A stretch of DNA of 64,000 nt from assembly GCA_963931545.1 (NCBI GenBank), contig OZ007025.1, forward strand, positions 137,145 to 201,144, in the 5' to 3' direction. The DNA is from an uncultured Bacilli bacterium. Its GTDB lineage: Bacteria > Bacillota_I > Bacilli_A > RF39 > UBA660. Within the stretch, counting starts at the first letter, position 1, and each line of letters begins with the position of its first letter. The position numbers and the translations under genes are program-made. The notes beneath the pieces were generated by a model that saw only the letters and a program-made list of their open reading frames with translations, was not told where the DNA came from and did no database searches. This document shows positions 50,269 through 60,537 of this stretch, piece by piece.

Positions 50269-52624
50269 GTTTTTTAAAAAAAATATAATTCTCATGCTTT
50301 TTTGTTTTGCTTTTTGTTTAATGAGTGTTGGGTATGCTTTATATGGTGAGACAGTTAATTTAAATGGAAATATTACTTTGCAAAAAGTAGGTAGAATTGA
50401 AATTACTAGTGCTTCTATTGTGAGTGGTGAGTGCAGTAATATTAGTAATTATGGTAATCCTACTTATAATGGATTACATATTGATTTTAAATTTAACACG
50501 AGAAGTAAGAATTTTACGGCTACTTATTTGGTTACGGTTACAAATAATTCTAATGTTCCTTATACTTATACTGGTACTTTAATAAATTCTAATATTATTA
50601 TTAGTGGTAGTACATATACACCGATGCTTAGCTCTACTTTGACTTATGCAGATAGTGGCGCTTTATTTGAAAATGGTGAATCTATTGATGTTGGTGAGTC
50701 TGTTAATTTAAAGATAAAAATGGATTTTGAAATCGAGCAAAATCCTAGTACTATGAATGTTAGTGGTGGTGTTGATTTTTCTGTTTCACAGGATAATACT
50801 GGTAGTTTAATTCCTTCTATTACCCCTTTAACTGGTAATTTAAGAGGTGATGGAACAATAGCACCTTTTACTTTAAAAGTTATTAATACTTTTAAGTATA
50901 ATAGAAGTTTTAGTTTGTCTTCTAGTAACGAAAATATCATTATAGTTGATAGTAATGGAAGTAGTTTAAATAATTTTACTATTCCTGCTAATTCTACGAA
51001 TGAATATACTATATATTTAATGGTTAAAAAAGGTAGTATATTTTTAACTGATAAAACTGATACAAATATTATATTATCTTCTAGGATGATTGATGATATA
51101 AATGTTGGTAAAATTGATTTGGATGTTGACAAGGATATTAATGCAACTGATTATGAAAAACCTGAAATTGGTAATGTTAATATTAAAATAAGTGAAAGTA
51201 ATCCGGTTGATGGTGAGGCTATTATTTCTTGGACACGTTTGGATAGTGGTGGATCATCAATTATTAATTATTATATTGAACTTGTTAATGTTGATAGTGG
51301 TGAGGTTAAAAAATATGAAACAGGTTCTTCTATAACTAGTTATACGGCTACTGGACTTAGTGCTGGTAATTATTATGCTAGAGTTTATGGTGAAGATGAG
51401 GCTGGAAATATTGGCTCTGATGACTGCTCAGTCGGAAATAGTTATTGTCCTAGTTCTGATGAAGTTTATTTGAGATGGGTATTTAATGTAACTAATGAAA
51501 TTGATAGATATTTAAGGTTTGATGGTGAGCCAACTGCTAATATATATACTAGTTATGAGATGAATCTTAGTGTACAAACTGGTTGGAGACTTCCTGATAC
51601 GGTGGAAATAACTATGGGTGGTGTTACTTTAGTTAGTGGAACTGATTATACGTATGATGCAAGTACTGGCCGAATTGTGATTAACAAGGTTACTGGTGAT
51701 ATATTTTTGAAAGCACATAGCCAAAATGGTTGTTTGGTGGAAGGAACTAAAATTAAATTAGCTGATGGTAGTTATAAAAATATTGAGGATATCGATTATG
51801 ATGATTTACTAATGGTATATAATCATGAAAACGGTGGTATTACTTATGAATATCCAATTTGGATTGAAAAGGTTAAAAAAGCTGATTCTTATGAGAAAAT
51901 TACTTTTAGTGATGGTTCTTATTTAAATACATGGGGACCTCATAGTTTGTTTAGTTATGATAAGATGGATTATGTTAATGTATTAATTCCTGATGATTTC
52001 CATGTAGGAACTAAGATTGTTAAAATTGTTAATGGTAAGATAAAAATAGTAGGTGTTGTTAAAATTGAAACTATTAATGATGAGATAAATTATTATCATG
52101 TTTCTTCTACTAGATATCATAATGTGATTGCTAACGATGTACTTACTACGGATGGTACTGGTGTGACAATGTATTTATATAATTTTAATGATGATTTAAC
52201 TTGGGGTAATGCTAGAGATGAATTTTTAGCTAAAAATGATTTATTTACTTATGAATATTTAAAACCTATTTTTCCTAAATATTTGTATTATGGTTATAGA
52301 ATGGCTGAGGGTAAAAATCCTTATAATCAAGGTAAGTTATTTATTGATAATATTGCTTATTTATTAAATAAAAATAATACTAAAGAAATTTTTAAGGATA
52401 AAGATAATAATAATTTATGGATGGTTACAACTAGTGATGATTTGGTTAATCCTTTTAATAAGAAAAAATATTTAAGAAAAGAAGATAGTTATTATACTTT
52501 ACCTATACCTAAAAATAAAAATAAATTTATTGGTTGGTTAAATACTGGTGATAATAAGATTTATAAACCTTTTGATAAGGTTAAAGTTTTACATGGTATG
52601 CATTTTGTTGCTAAATACGAATAG
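50261..52624 (+). CDS. Secreted 787-aa multidomain protein: SipW-cognate-type signal, TasA-like beta domains, FN3 domain, Hint (intein-like) autoprocessing domain, unknown C-terminal module
   Basis: GAGGAG ribosome-binding site. The signal MFKFFKKNIILMLFCFAFCLMSVGYALYGETVNLNG is paralogous to that of ORF 47456. FN3-like WTRLDSGGSSIINYYIELVNVDSGE...TATGLSAGNYYARVYGEDEAGN lies at about nt 51160-51445. Hint block A CLVEGTKIKLADGSYKNIEDIDYDDLL starts at nt 51731. A TWGPH block B and a YHNVIANDVLT block F-like motif follow. The C-terminal roughly 140 aa are uncharacterised. Confidence 0.7.
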   Translation: MFKFFKKNIILMLFCFAFCLMSVGYALYGETVNLNGNITLQKVGRIEITSASIVSGECSNISNYGNPTYNGLHIDFKFNTRSKNFTATYLVTVTNNSNVPYTYTGTLINSNIIISGSTYTPMLSSTLTYADSGALFENGESIDVGESVNLKIKMDFEIEQNPSTMNVSGGVDFSVSQDNTGSLIPSITPLTGNLRGDGTIAPFTLKVINTFKYNRSFSLSSSNENIIIVDSNGSSLNNFTIPANSTNEYTIYLMVKKGSIFLTDKTDTNIILSSRMIDDINVGKIDLDVDKDINATDYEKPEIGNVNIKISESNPVDGEAIISWTRLDSGGSSIINYYIELVNVDSGEVKKYETGSSITSYTATGLSAGNYYARVYGEDEAGNIGSDDCSVGNSYCPSSDEVYLRWVFNVTNEIDRYLRFDGEPTANIYTSYEMNLSVQTGWRLPDTVEITMGGVTLVSGTDYTYDASTGRIVINKVTGDIFLKAHSQNGCLVEGTKIKLADGSYKNIEDIDYDDLLMVYNHENGGITYEYPIWIEKVKKADSYEKITFSDGSYLNTWGPHSLFSYDKMDYVNVLIPDDFHVGTKIVKIVNGKIKIVGVVKIETINDEINYYHVSSTRYHNVIANDVLTTDGTGVTMYLYNFNDDLTWGNARDEFLAKNDLFTYEYLKPIFPKYLYYGYRMAEGKNPYNQGKLFIDNIAYLLNKNNTKEIFKDKDNNNLWMVTTSDDLVNPFNKKKYLRKEDSYYTLPIPKNKNKFIGWLNTGDNKIYKPFDKVKVLHGMHFVAKYE

Positions 52625-52743
52625 TGTTAGTTATTTACTAGCGCTATTTTATTTTTAAATCATTAATTATTTTAAAAATGTCGCTGCTCTATTATAATTT
52701 AATTTTATTATAATTATTATAGATTTATATTAGTGGTGAAACT

Positions 52744-53397
52744 ATGAAAAATAAGTATAATATGACTAAAGAAGATAATATATTTTTTGCTAAAAGAAAG
52801 TTAGTAGATAATATATATAAAAGTGCTAATTTAGAAGGAATTGCTGTTGCTTTTGCTGATATATATGCTTTTATGAATAATGTTAACACAGGTAATATTT
52901 CTGTGGATGATATGCTTAAACTTAAGGGACTTAAAGATGCTTGGGAATATGTTTTGAATAGTGTAGATGAAGAATTAACGATAGATTATATTAAAAAAAT
53001 TCATTTTGAAATTTGTAAAGGTCAAAATATTTATCCTTTAGGTGATTTTAGAAAGTGTGGTGTAGGTATTACTGGTACATCTTGGAGGCCTAAACTTCCC
53101 AGTGAATGTGATTATGAGGCTGAATTAAATGAGTTATTTAATATTTCTTCTGAAATAGATAGATGCATTAGTATATTTTGCTGGATACAAAGAAGTCAGA
53201 TGTTTTTAGATGGTAATAAAAGAGTAGCTAATTTGGTTGCTAATAAAGAGATGATTAAAAATGGTCAGGGTGTTATTGCTATTTCTGTAGAGAAAATTGG
53301 CGATTATATGGTTAGGTTAATTAAATATTATGAAACTAATGATATGTCAGAAATTAAAAAATGGATATATGATAATTGTATTGATGGTATTAATTAA
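52744..53397 (+). CDS. Fic/Doc-family protein with a degenerate active-site motif (SQMFLDGNKRVA)
   Basis: Motif FCWIQRSQMFLDGNKRVANLVAN aligns to Doc HIFNDANKRTA and Fic HPFxDGNGR. It has the Doc-type NKR, but the motif His is replaced by Gln. Confidence 0.55.
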   Translation: MKNKYNMTKEDNIFFAKRKLVDNIYKSANLEGIAVAFADIYAFMNNVNTGNISVDDMLKLKGLKDAWEYVLNSVDEELTIDYIKKIHFEICKGQNIYPLGDFRKCGVGITGTSWRPKLPSECDYEAELNELFNISSEIDRCISIFCWIQRSQMFLDGNKRVANLVANKEMIKNGQGVIAISVEKIGDYMVRLIKYYETNDMSEIKKWIYDNCIDGIN

Positions 53398-53448
53398 AGA
53401 TAAACTGTAAAAGGTTTATTTTTTTGAAAAATTTTTGTTAAAAAAGTA

Positions 53449-53477
53449 TTGATTTTCATATATTTTTAGTGTATATT
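53449..53477 (+). promoter_or_regulatory. Promoter of the S10 ribosomal protein operon
   Basis: TTGATT at 53449-53454, a 17-nt spacer, then TATATT at 53472-53477 preceded by TG. A structured leader of about 135 nt follows before rpsJ. Confidence 0.6.
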
Positions 53478-53611
53478 ATTGAGTGTGTGACGTGCTTAGA
53501 TGTGTGAGGTTGCCGATACACCAGGTTAAGTTGTAAAACAATTTAATCCTTAAGTCGGGTTTTTACACGGAGCAAGTCTATACTAGATATAGGCGAGAGG
53601 AGGATACAATA

Positions 53612-53917
53612 ATGTCAAAGAAGGTTCGTATTAAATTAAAATCTTTTGAACACAAGAATTTGGATACTGCTTGTGGTAAAATTGTCGACACAGTTAAAAG
53701 AACTGGCGGCGAAGTTAGTGGACCTGTACCACTTCCAACTGAAGTTGAAAAGATTACAATTTTAAGAGCTGTTCACAAATATAAAGATTCACGTGAACAA
53801 TTTGAAAAAAGAACACATAAAAGACTTATTGATATCAATAATCCAAGCAAGGAGACTATCGATGCTTTATCGCATTTAGATATTCCAAGCGGTGTTGATA
53901 TTCAAATTAAATTATAA
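53612..53917 (+). CDS. rpsJ: 30S ribosomal protein S10
   Basis: [18 protein letters not shown]... 101 aa. AGGAGG ribosome-binding site. Confidence 0.95.
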   Translation: MSKKVRIKLKSFEHKNLDTACGKIVDTVKRTGGEVSGPVPLPTEVEKITILRAVHKYKDSREQFEKRTHKRLIDINNPSKETIDALSHLDIPSGVDIQIKL

Positions 53918-53932
53918 TAGGAGGATGAAAAT

Positions 53933-54652
53933 ATGAAAGGAATCTTAGGTCGTAAAATCGGAATGACTCAAGTTTTTGATCAAGATGGTAAATTAACTCC
54001 AGTTACTGTAGTTGAGGTTACGCCTAATGTAGTAACACAAGTTAAAACTATGGAAAACGACGGTTATGAAGCTATTCAACTTGCATTCGATGATAAAAGA
54101 GAAAAATTAGCGACAAAAGCTTCTACTGGTATTACTAGTAAAGCTAATACGACACCTAAGCGCTTCTTTAAAGAAATCAGAGGTGTAGACATCAATAATT
54201 ATAACCTTGGTGATGAGGTTAAAGCTGACATTTTTGAAGTTGGTGAGATGGTTGATGTAACTGGAACTACTAAAGGTAAAGGGTTCCAAGGAAATATTAA
54301 AAAATATAATCAAAGTAGAGGACCTATGGGTCATGGTTCTAAATACCATAGAGGTGTAGGTTCACTTGGTACAATGCTTCCAAAACGTGTATTTAAAGGT
54401 AGAGGACTTCCAAGTCACATGGGAGTTAATACTGTAACTATTCAAAATCTAGAAATCGTAGATGTTGATTTAGAAAATAACGCTATTTTAGTTAAAGGAA
54501 ATATTCCTGGACCTAAAAAAGGCTTAGTTATGATTAGAAGTGCAGTTAAAAATATGGGTAAAGTAAATAAGCGTGCAGAACTTGTTAGTTATGTTAAGGA
54601 AGAAGTTAAACCTAGCGAACAAGTAGAAAATACAGAAAGTGCTGAAGCATAG
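53933..54652 (+). CDS. rplC: 50S ribosomal protein L3 (with a roughly 30-aa acidic C-terminal extension)
   Basis: [16 protein letters not shown]... 239 aa, against about 209 typical. Confidence 0.95.
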   Translation: MKGILGRKIGMTQVFDQDGKLTPVTVVEVTPNVVTQVKTMENDGYEAIQLAFDDKREKLATKASTGITSKANTTPKRFFKEIRGVDINNYNLGDEVKADIFEVGEMVDVTGTTKGKGFQGNIKKYNQSRGPMGHGSKYHRGVGSLGTMLPKRVFKGRGLPSHMGVNTVTIQNLEIVDVDLENNAILVKGNIPGPKKGLVMIRSAVKNMGKVNKRAELVSYVKEEVKPSEQVENTESAEA

Positions 54653-54663
54653 GAGGTATTTTT

Positions 54664-55287
54664 ATGAAAAAAAGTCATGTGATTAATGTTAAAGGCGAAA
54701 AAGTTAGTGATATTACTTTAAATAAAAATATTTTTGGTATTGAACCTAATGACGCTGTTTTATATGATGCTATTACTTTAGCTCAATCTTCTAGAAGACA
54801 AGGGACTGCTGATACAAAAACACGTTCAGAAGTAAGTGGTGGCGGAAGAAAGCCATGGAGACAAAAAGGTACTGGTAGAGCTAGACAAGGAAGTACTAGA
54901 GCTCCACATTGGTATCATGGTGGTGTAGTATTTGGACCACACCCAAGAAGTTACGGTAAGAAAATGAATCGTAAAGAAAGAGTTTTAGCTTTAAAATCAG
55001 CTTTATCTTATAAAGTAGCTAATGATGAGATAATCATTTTAGATAAATTAAATGTTAAAACTCCAAAAACTAAAGATATGATTAAATTATTAAATGATAT
55101 TAAAGCTCCTAGCAAAACTTTAATTGTTGTAGATGAGCTTACTGATAATTTAATTTTAGCTACTCGTAATATTCCTAAAGTGGAATTATTAGAAGCTAAT
55201 GAAATTAATGTTTTGGATATTATAGGTGCAGATGGACTTGTAATAACTAAAAAAGCATTAGAAATGATAGAGGAGGCGTATAAATAA
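54664..55287 (+). CDS. rplD: 50S ribosomal protein L4
   Basis: 207 aa. Operon position and conserved GTGRARQGS motif. Confidence 0.95.
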   Translation: MKKSHVINVKGEKVSDITLNKNIFGIEPNDAVLYDAITLAQSSRRQGTADTKTRSEVSGGGRKPWRQKGTGRARQGSTRAPHWYHGGVVFGPHPRSYGKKMNRKERVLALKSALSYKVANDEIIILDKLNVKTPKTKDMIKLLNDIKAPSKTLIVVDELTDNLILATRNIPKVELLEANEINVLDIIGADGLVITKKALEMIEEAYK

Positions 55288-55562
55288 TGGAAAATTATAG
55301 AGACATTATAAAAGCTCCAATTATCACTGAAAAATCTAGTGATTTAGCTAAGAACAACACTTATGTATTTAGTGTTGATACTAAAGCTAATAAAATTCAA
55401 ATAAAACAAGCTATTGAGAAAATTTTTAATGTTAAAGTTGAAAATGTTAATACAATTAATACTTATGCAAAAAGAAAAAGAGTTGGACGTTATTTTGGTA
55501 GAGCCAACAAAGTTAAAAAAGCAATTGTTAAGTTAAAAGAAGGAAATTCAATTGAATTTTAA
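55287..55562 (+). CDS. rplW: 50S ribosomal protein L23
   Basis: 91 aa, [17 protein letters not shown]. Confidence 0.95.
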   Translation: MENYRDIIKAPIITEKSSDLAKNNTYVFSVDTKANKIQIKQAIEKIFNVKVENVNTINTYAKRKRVGRYFGRANKVKKAIVKLKEGNSIEF

Positions 55563-55573
55563 GGAGGACGAAT

Positions 55574-56404
55574 ATGGCAATTAAATCATATAGACCAACA
55601 ACTAATGGTAGACGTGGAATGACAACTTTGATAAATGATGAAATTACTAAAACAACTCCAGAAAAATCATTAGTTGTAACAATGAAAAAATCTGGTGGTC
55701 GTAATAATCAAGGTCAAATCACTGTGAGACATCATGGCGGTGGAGCTAAGAGAAAATACAGAATCATCGATTTTAAAAGAAATAAGGATGGTGTGATTGG
55801 AACTGTTGCTTCAATCGAATACGATCCAAATAGAAGTGCTAACATTGCTTTAATTAATTATGCCGATGGAGAAAAGAGATATATAATCGCTCCAAAAGCT
55901 TTAAAAGTTGGAATGAAAATTGAAAGTGGAGAAGGTGCTGACATTAAAGTTGGTAACAATTTACCACTTGCTAATATTCCAGAAGGTACTTTAGTTCATA
56001 ATGTTGAATTAAAGCCTGGTAAAGGTGGCCAAATGGCTAGAAGTGCAGGTTCTAGTGTACAAATTTTAGGCCGTGAAGGAAATTATACATTACTTCGTTT
56101 AACGAGTGGCGAAGTTAGAAAAGTTTTAAGTGTCTGCCGCGCAACTGTCGGTGAAGTTGGTAACGAAGATTATAGTTTAGTAAATTATGGTAAAGCTGGA
56201 AGAAAAAGACATATGGGAATCAGACCTACTGTTCGTGGTTCTGTTATGAATCCTAACGATCACCCACATGGTGGTGGTGAAGGTAGAGCTCCTGTTGGAC
56301 GTAAACACCCAGTTACACCTTGGGGTAAACCAGCACTTGGCTTTAAGACACGTAATAATAAGAAAGCTTCAAGCAAACTAATTGTTCGCTCAAGAAAGAA
56401 ATAA
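55574..56404 (+). CDS. rplB: 50S ribosomal protein L2
   Basis: 276 aa with the conserved motifs [11 protein letters not shown] and HHGGG. Confidence 0.95.
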   Translation: MAIKSYRPTTNGRRGMTTLINDEITKTTPEKSLVVTMKKSGGRNNQGQITVRHHGGGAKRKYRIIDFKRNKDGVIGTVASIEYDPNRSANIALINYADGEKRYIIAPKALKVGMKIESGEGADIKVGNNLPLANIPEGTLVHNVELKPGKGGQMARSAGSSVQILGREGNYTLLRLTSGEVRKVLSVCRATVGEVGNEDYSLVNYGKAGRKRHMGIRPTVRGSVMNPNDHPHGGGEGRAPVGRKHPVTPWGKPALGFKTRNNKKASSKLIVRSRKK

Positions 56405-56421
56405 GAAAGGATGATTTATAA

Positions 56422-56694
56422 ATGGCAAGAAGTACAAAGAAAAAACCTTTTGTCGATGATTATTTGATGAAAAAGGTTGAAAAAATAAATGAATCTGGTA
56501 AAAAAGAGGTAATTAAAACTTGGTCTCGCCGTTCTACAATTTATCCTGTATTTATTGGACACACATTTGCTGTGCATAATGGTAAAGAATTCATTCCAGT
56601 TTATGTAACAGAAGATATGGTTGGACATAAATTAGGAGAATTTGCCTTAACACGTAAATTTGGTGGCCACGGCGACGATAAGAAAAAGAAATAA
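56422..56694 (+). CDS. rpsS: 30S ribosomal protein S19
   Basis: 90 aa, [30 protein letters not shown]. Confidence 0.95.
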   Translation: MARSTKKKPFVDDYLMKKVEKINESGKKEVIKTWSRRSTIYPVFIGHTFAVHNGKEFIPVYVTEDMVGHKLGEFALTRKFGGHGDDKKKK

Positions 56695-56713
56695 ACCGGA
56701 AAGGATGGTATAA

Positions 56714-57049
56714 ATGGAAGCTAAAGCAATTGCTAAAGAAATTAGAATTTCACCTAGAAAAATGCGTTTATCTATCGATTTAATTCGTGGAAAAGATGCT
56801 AAAGAAGCAGATATTATTTTAGCTAATTTAAATAAAGAAGCTGCAAGAGTAATTCGTAAGGTTTTAAAATCCGCTGTATCTAATGCGGTAAATAATTTAG
56901 AACTTAATGAAGATAATCTTTATGTAAGTGAAGCTTATGTTAATGAGGGCAGAACTCTTAAAAGAGGCCGCGCTGGTGCCAAAGGTAGCCCTAAACCAAT
57001 ATTAAAAAGATCAAGCCACGTTACAGTGGTAGTGAGTGAGAAAAATTAA
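56714..57049 (+). CDS. rplV: 50S ribosomal protein L22
   Basis: 111 aa, [20 protein letters not shown]. Confidence 0.95.
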   Translation: MEAKAIAKEIRISPRKMRLSIDLIRGKDAKEADIILANLNKEAARVIRKVLKSAVSNAVNNLELNEDNLYVSEAYVNEGRTLKRGRAGAKGSPKPILKRSSHVTVVVSEKN

Positions 57050-57066
57050 GCAAAGGAGGGTAATGC

Positions 57067-57777
57067 ATGGGTCAAAAAGTTAGTCCAGTCGGACTTAGAA
57101 TTGGTATAAACAAAACTTGGGAATCTAAGTGGTATGCTGGTAATCAAGATTTTGCTAAATACTTAAATAATGACTATAAAATTCGTGAATGCTTAGAGAA
57201 AAAATTAAAAGACGCCGCTGTTTCAAGTATTCTTATTGAAAGAAATAGTGAAAAGACCGAAGTTATTATCAATACTGCCAAACCTGGTGTAGTAATTGGT
57301 CATGGCGGAGATGAAATAGAAAAATTAAGAAAAGAGTTAAATAAATTAACTGGTGAAGAGATTCATATTTCTATTAAAGAAATTAAGAATCCAAATTTAG
57401 ATGCGGCACTTGTTGCTGAAAATATTGCCCATCAAATCGAAAACCGTGTTTCTTATAAAATTGCTCAAAAGAAAGCGATTAGAAATGTTATGAAATCTGG
57501 AGCTAAAGGTATTAAAACTTTAGTGTCTGGTAGATTAAATGGTGCTGAAATTGCTAGAGGAGAAGGTTATACTGAAGGAAAAGTTCCTCGTCATACTTTA
57601 AGAGCTGATATTGATTATGCTTTAAAAGAAGCTGATACTATTTATGGTAAGATTGGTGTTAAGGTATGGATTTACAAAGGAGAAATCCTAGGGGATGCAA
57701 AAAAAGAAGAAAAAGTTAGACCTTCTAGAAGAAATAAGGGAGGTGTAAAGGATGGCAGTAATTCCAAAGAGAACTAA
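57067..57777 (+). CDS. rpsC: 30S ribosomal protein S3
   Basis: 236 aa, [24 protein letters not shown]. Confidence 0.95.
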   Translation: MGQKVSPVGLRIGINKTWESKWYAGNQDFAKYLNNDYKIRECLEKKLKDAAVSSILIERNSEKTEVIINTAKPGVVIGHGGDEIEKLRKELNKLTGEEIHISIKEIKNPNLDAALVAENIAHQIENRVSYKIAQKKAIRNVMKSGAKGIKTLVSGRLNGAEIARGEGYTEGKVPRHTLRADIDYALKEADTIYGKIGVKVWIYKGEILGDAKKEEKVRPSRRNKGGVKDGSNSKEN

Positions 57778-58183
57778 GTATCGTCGTCCTCACCGTCTAT
57801 CTTATGAAGGTGAAGCTAGAGGAAATAGACAAGTTTCATTTGGTGAATATGGACTTCAAGCTTTAGAAGGAGCTTGGATTACTCAACAACAAATTGAAGC
57901 TGCCCGTGTAGCGATGACTCGTTACATGAAACGTGGTGGTAAAGTATGGATTAATATTTTTCCACATTTATCTTTGACTGCCAAAGGTATTGGTATGCGT
58001 CAAGGTAAAGGTAAAGGTACACCTGAAAAATGGGTTGCCGTTGTTAAAAAAGGAAAGATTATGTTCGAAATTGCCGATGTTAGTGAAGAAGTTGCTAGAG
58101 AAGCGTTTCGCTTAGCTATGCACAAATTGCCAATCAAATGTAAGTTTGTAAAGAAAGAAAGTGGTGAGGCAAATGAAAATTAA
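57752..58183 (+). CDS. rplP: 50S ribosomal protein L16
   Basis: [15 protein letters not shown]... Overlaps the rpsC 3' end by 26 nt. GGGAGG ribosome-binding site. Confidence 0.9.
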   Translation: MAVIPKRTKYRRPHRLSYEGEARGNRQVSFGEYGLQALEGAWITQQQIEAARVAMTRYMKRGGKVWINIFPHLSLTAKGIGMRQGKGKGTPEKWVAVVKKGKIMFEIADVSEEVAREAFRLAMHKLPIKCKFVKKESGEANEN

Positions 58184-58367
58184 TGAACTAAGAGAACTTA
58201 GTAACGAAGATTTAAAGAAAAAAATCGATGAAACTAAAGCTGAACTTTTTAATTTACGTTTTAGCCAAGCTACTGGTAGTCTTGAGAAGCCAGCTAGAAT
58301 TAATGAACTTAGAAAGGCTGTCGCAAGAATGAAAACTATTCTTCGCGAACGTGAATTACAAGACTAG
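58173..58367 (+). CDS. rpmC: 50S ribosomal protein L29
   Basis: [30 protein letters not shown]. The start was chosen at 58173, after a GGTGAGG ribosome-binding site. Confidence 0.9.
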   Translation: MKINELRELSNEDLKKKIDETKAELFNLRFSQATGSLEKPARINELRKAVARMKTILRERELQD

Positions 58368-58376
58368 GAGGTTTTT

Positions 58377-58634
58377 ATGGAAAATAAAAAAAGAGAATTA
58401 GTTGGTAAAGTTGTAAGTGTTAAAAATAATAAAACTATTACTGTATTAGTAGAAACTTACATTATGGATAAAAAATATGGTAAAAGAGCTATGTACTCTA
58501 AAAAATATGCTGCTCATGATGAGAAAAATGAAGCTAAAGTTGGCGACAAAGTTAGAATTGCTGAAACTAGACCTTTATCTAAAACTAAACATTATCGTTT
58601 AGTAGAAATTGTAGAGAAAGCAGTTATTTTATAA
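58377..58634 (+). CDS. rpsQ: 30S ribosomal protein S17
   Basis: 85 aa, [18 protein letters not shown]. Confidence 0.95.
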   Translation: MENKKRELVGKVVSVKNNKTITVLVETYIMDKKYGKRAMYSKKYAAHDEKNEAKVGDKVRIAETRPLSKTKHYRLVEIVEKAVIL

Positions 58635-58647
58635 GGGAGGTATTTAA

Positions 58648-59016
58648 ATGATTCAACAGGAAACTCGTTTAAAAGTTGCAGACAATTCTGGAGCTAGAGA
58701 ACTTTTAGTTATTAGAGTGTTTGGCGGAAGTAAAGTTAAAACAGGCAATATCGGAGATATAGTAGTTGGAACAGTTAAAAAAGCGACACCTAATGGAACT
58801 GTTTCTGAAGGTAAGGTTGTTAAAGCTGTTATTGTTAGAACAAAACGTGGAGTTCGTAGAGAAGATGGTTCTTATATTAAGTTTGATGACAATGCATGTA
58901 TTTTAATCAAAGATGATAAGACACCAGTTGGAACTCGTGTGTTTGGTCCAGTTGCTCGTGAAATAAGAGATGCAGGATTTATGAAAATTGTTTCACTTGC
59001 TAAGGAAGTATTATAG
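58648..59016 (+). CDS. rplN: 50S ribosomal protein L14
   Basis: 122 aa, [18 protein letters not shown]. Confidence 0.95.
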   Translation: MIQQETRLKVADNSGARELLVIRVFGGSKVKTGNIGDIVVGTVKKATPNGTVSEGKVVKAVIVRTKRGVRREDGSYIKFDDNACILIKDDKTPVGTRVFGPVAREIRDAGFMKIVSLAKEVL

Positions 59017-59037
59017 GAATCGTTTGGAGGAATTAAT

Positions 59038-59346
59038 ATGAAAATAAAACAAGGAGATAAAGTAGTTGTCATTGCTGGTAAAGACAAAGGCAAAGAAGGA
59101 AAAGTTATCCAAACTTTAAAAGCCCAAGATAAAGTCATCGTTGAAGGCGTTAATATTGTTAAAAAACATATTAAACCAAACGGTGGACAAGATGGTAGAA
59201 TTGCCGAGGTAGAGGCACCACTTCATGTTTCAAATGTAATGATTGTGGACCCTAAGACTAAAAAGGCTACTAAAGTAGGATACACTACTGATAAAAATGG
59301 AAAGAAAATAAGAGTGTCAAGAAAATCAAATGAAAAACTTGACTAA
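59038..59346 (+). CDS. rplX: 50S ribosomal protein L24
   Basis: 102 aa, [22 protein letters not shown]. Confidence 0.95.
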   Translation: MKIKQGDKVVVIAGKDKGKEGKVIQTLKAQDKVIVEGVNIVKKHIKPNGGQDGRIAEVEAPLHVSNVMIVDPKTKKATKVGYTTDKNGKKIRVSRKSNEKLD

Positions 59347-59365
59347 ACCTGAAAGGAGGGTATTT

Positions 59366-59905
59366 ATGAACCGCCTACAAAAAAAGTACAATGAAGAAAT
59401 CGTACCTAGTTTAAGAGAAAAGTATAATTATAAAAGTGTAATGGCAATACCAAAGTTAGAAAAAATAGTTGTTAATATGGGTGTTGGTGATGCAACTAGT
59501 AATAGTAAATTATTAGATGCAGCAGTAAGTGATTTAAAAGCTATTACTGGTCAGCAACCTATTATAACTAAAGCTAAAAAAGCTGTCGCTAACTTTAAAG
59601 TACGTGAAGGTCAAGGAATCGGCTGTAAGGTTACTTTAAGAGGCGACAATATGTATAACTTTTTAGACAAACTAATTAGTATTACATTACCTCGTGTTCG
59701 TGACTTTAGAGGGATTAGTCCAAAATCATTTGATGGTAGAGGAAACTACACTCTAGGTTTAACAGAACAATTAATTTTCTCAGAAATAGATTATGATAAA
59801 GTTGTTAAAGTACGCGGAATGGATATTGTGTTTGTTACGACAGCACATACCAATGAGGAAGCTTTAGACTTATTAAAAGGTTTCGGTATGCCTTTTAGAA
59901 AATAA
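59366..59905 (+). CDS. rplE: 50S ribosomal protein L5
   Basis: [16 protein letters not shown]... AAAGGAGGG ribosome-binding site before 59366. The ORF-track start at 59330 lies upstream of the ribosome-binding site. Confidence 0.9.
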   Translation: MNRLQKKYNEEIVPSLREKYNYKSVMAIPKLEKIVVNMGVGDATSNSKLLDAAVSDLKAITGQQPIITKAKKAVANFKVREGQGIGCKVTLRGDNMYNFLDKLISITLPRVRDFRGISPKSFDGRGNYTLGLTEQLIFSEIDYDKVVKVRGMDIVFVTTAHTNEEALDLLKGFGMPFRK

Positions 59906-59921
59906 TGATTAGGAGGAAATT

Positions 59922-60107
59922 ATGGCTAAAAAAAGTATGATTGTAAAAGCTAATCGTGAGCCTAAATTTAAAGTACGTAAATATACTAGATGTAAAATTT
60001 GTGGTAGACCACATTCTGTACTTAAAAAATATGGAATTTGCCGTATTTGTTTTAGGGAATTAGCTTATAAAGGACAAATACCTGGAATTACAAAATCAAG
60101 TTGGTAA
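59922..60107 (+). CDS. rpsN: 30S ribosomal protein S14 type Z (zinc-binding)
   Basis: 61 aa with [20 protein letters not shown]. Confidence 0.95.
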   Translation: MAKKSMIVKANREPKFKVRKYTRCKICGRPHSVLKKYGICRICFRELAYKGQIPGITKSSW

Positions 60108-60123
60108 GAAGGGAGGATTAAAT

Positions 60124-60522
60124 ATGGTAGTATCAGATCCAATTGCTGATATGCTTACGAGAATCCGTAATGCAAATCAATTAAGATATAAAGAAGTTTC
60201 TATGCCATCTTCAAAGATGAAAGAGGAAATTGCTAGAATCTTAAAAGAAGAAGGATATATTGTTAATTATAAAGTTATGAAAAAAGATGTTCAAAATGAA
60301 TTAGTTTTGACTTTAAAATATGGAGCTAAAAAACAAAGAGTTATTACTGGTCTTAAAAGAATTTCTAAACCAGGACTTAGAGTTTATGCTCATGCAGATG
60401 AAATACCAAGTGTTTTAAATGGACTAGGTATCGCTATTGTTTCAACTAGTGAAGGTGTAATGACAGGTAGAGATGCTAAGAAGAAATCACTAGGTGGCGA
60501 AGTGTTAGCTTACGTTTGGTAG
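60124..60522 (+). CDS. rpsH: 30S ribosomal protein S8
   Basis: 132 aa, [15 protein letters not shown]. Confidence 0.95.
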   Translation: MVVSDPIADMLTRIRNANQLRYKEVSMPSSKMKEEIARILKEEGYIVNYKVMKKDVQNELVLTLKYGAKKQRVITGLKRISKPGLRVYAHADEIPSVLNGLGIAIVSTSEGVMTGRDAKKKSLGGEVLAYVW

Positions 60523-60537
60523 AAAGGAGAAAGTGAT

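Noticed and set aside
50644-51132. 162-aa minus-strand ORF
   Set aside because: Antisense inside the 787-aa Hint-domain gene.
51731-52196. Possibility that the Hint region is a true self-splicing intein inside a host protein
   Set aside because: No C-terminal His-Asn plus Cys/Ser/Thr splice junction and no homing-endonuclease domain. The flanking sequences do not join into a recognisable host protein. This fits a bacterial-intein-like/PT-HINT processing domain better.
54107-54349. 80-aa minus-strand ORF
   Set aside because: Antisense to rplC.
56416-56628. 70-aa minus-strand ORF
   Set aside because: Antisense to rpsS.
58872-59138. 88-aa minus-strand ORF
   Set aside because: Antisense to rplN/rplX.
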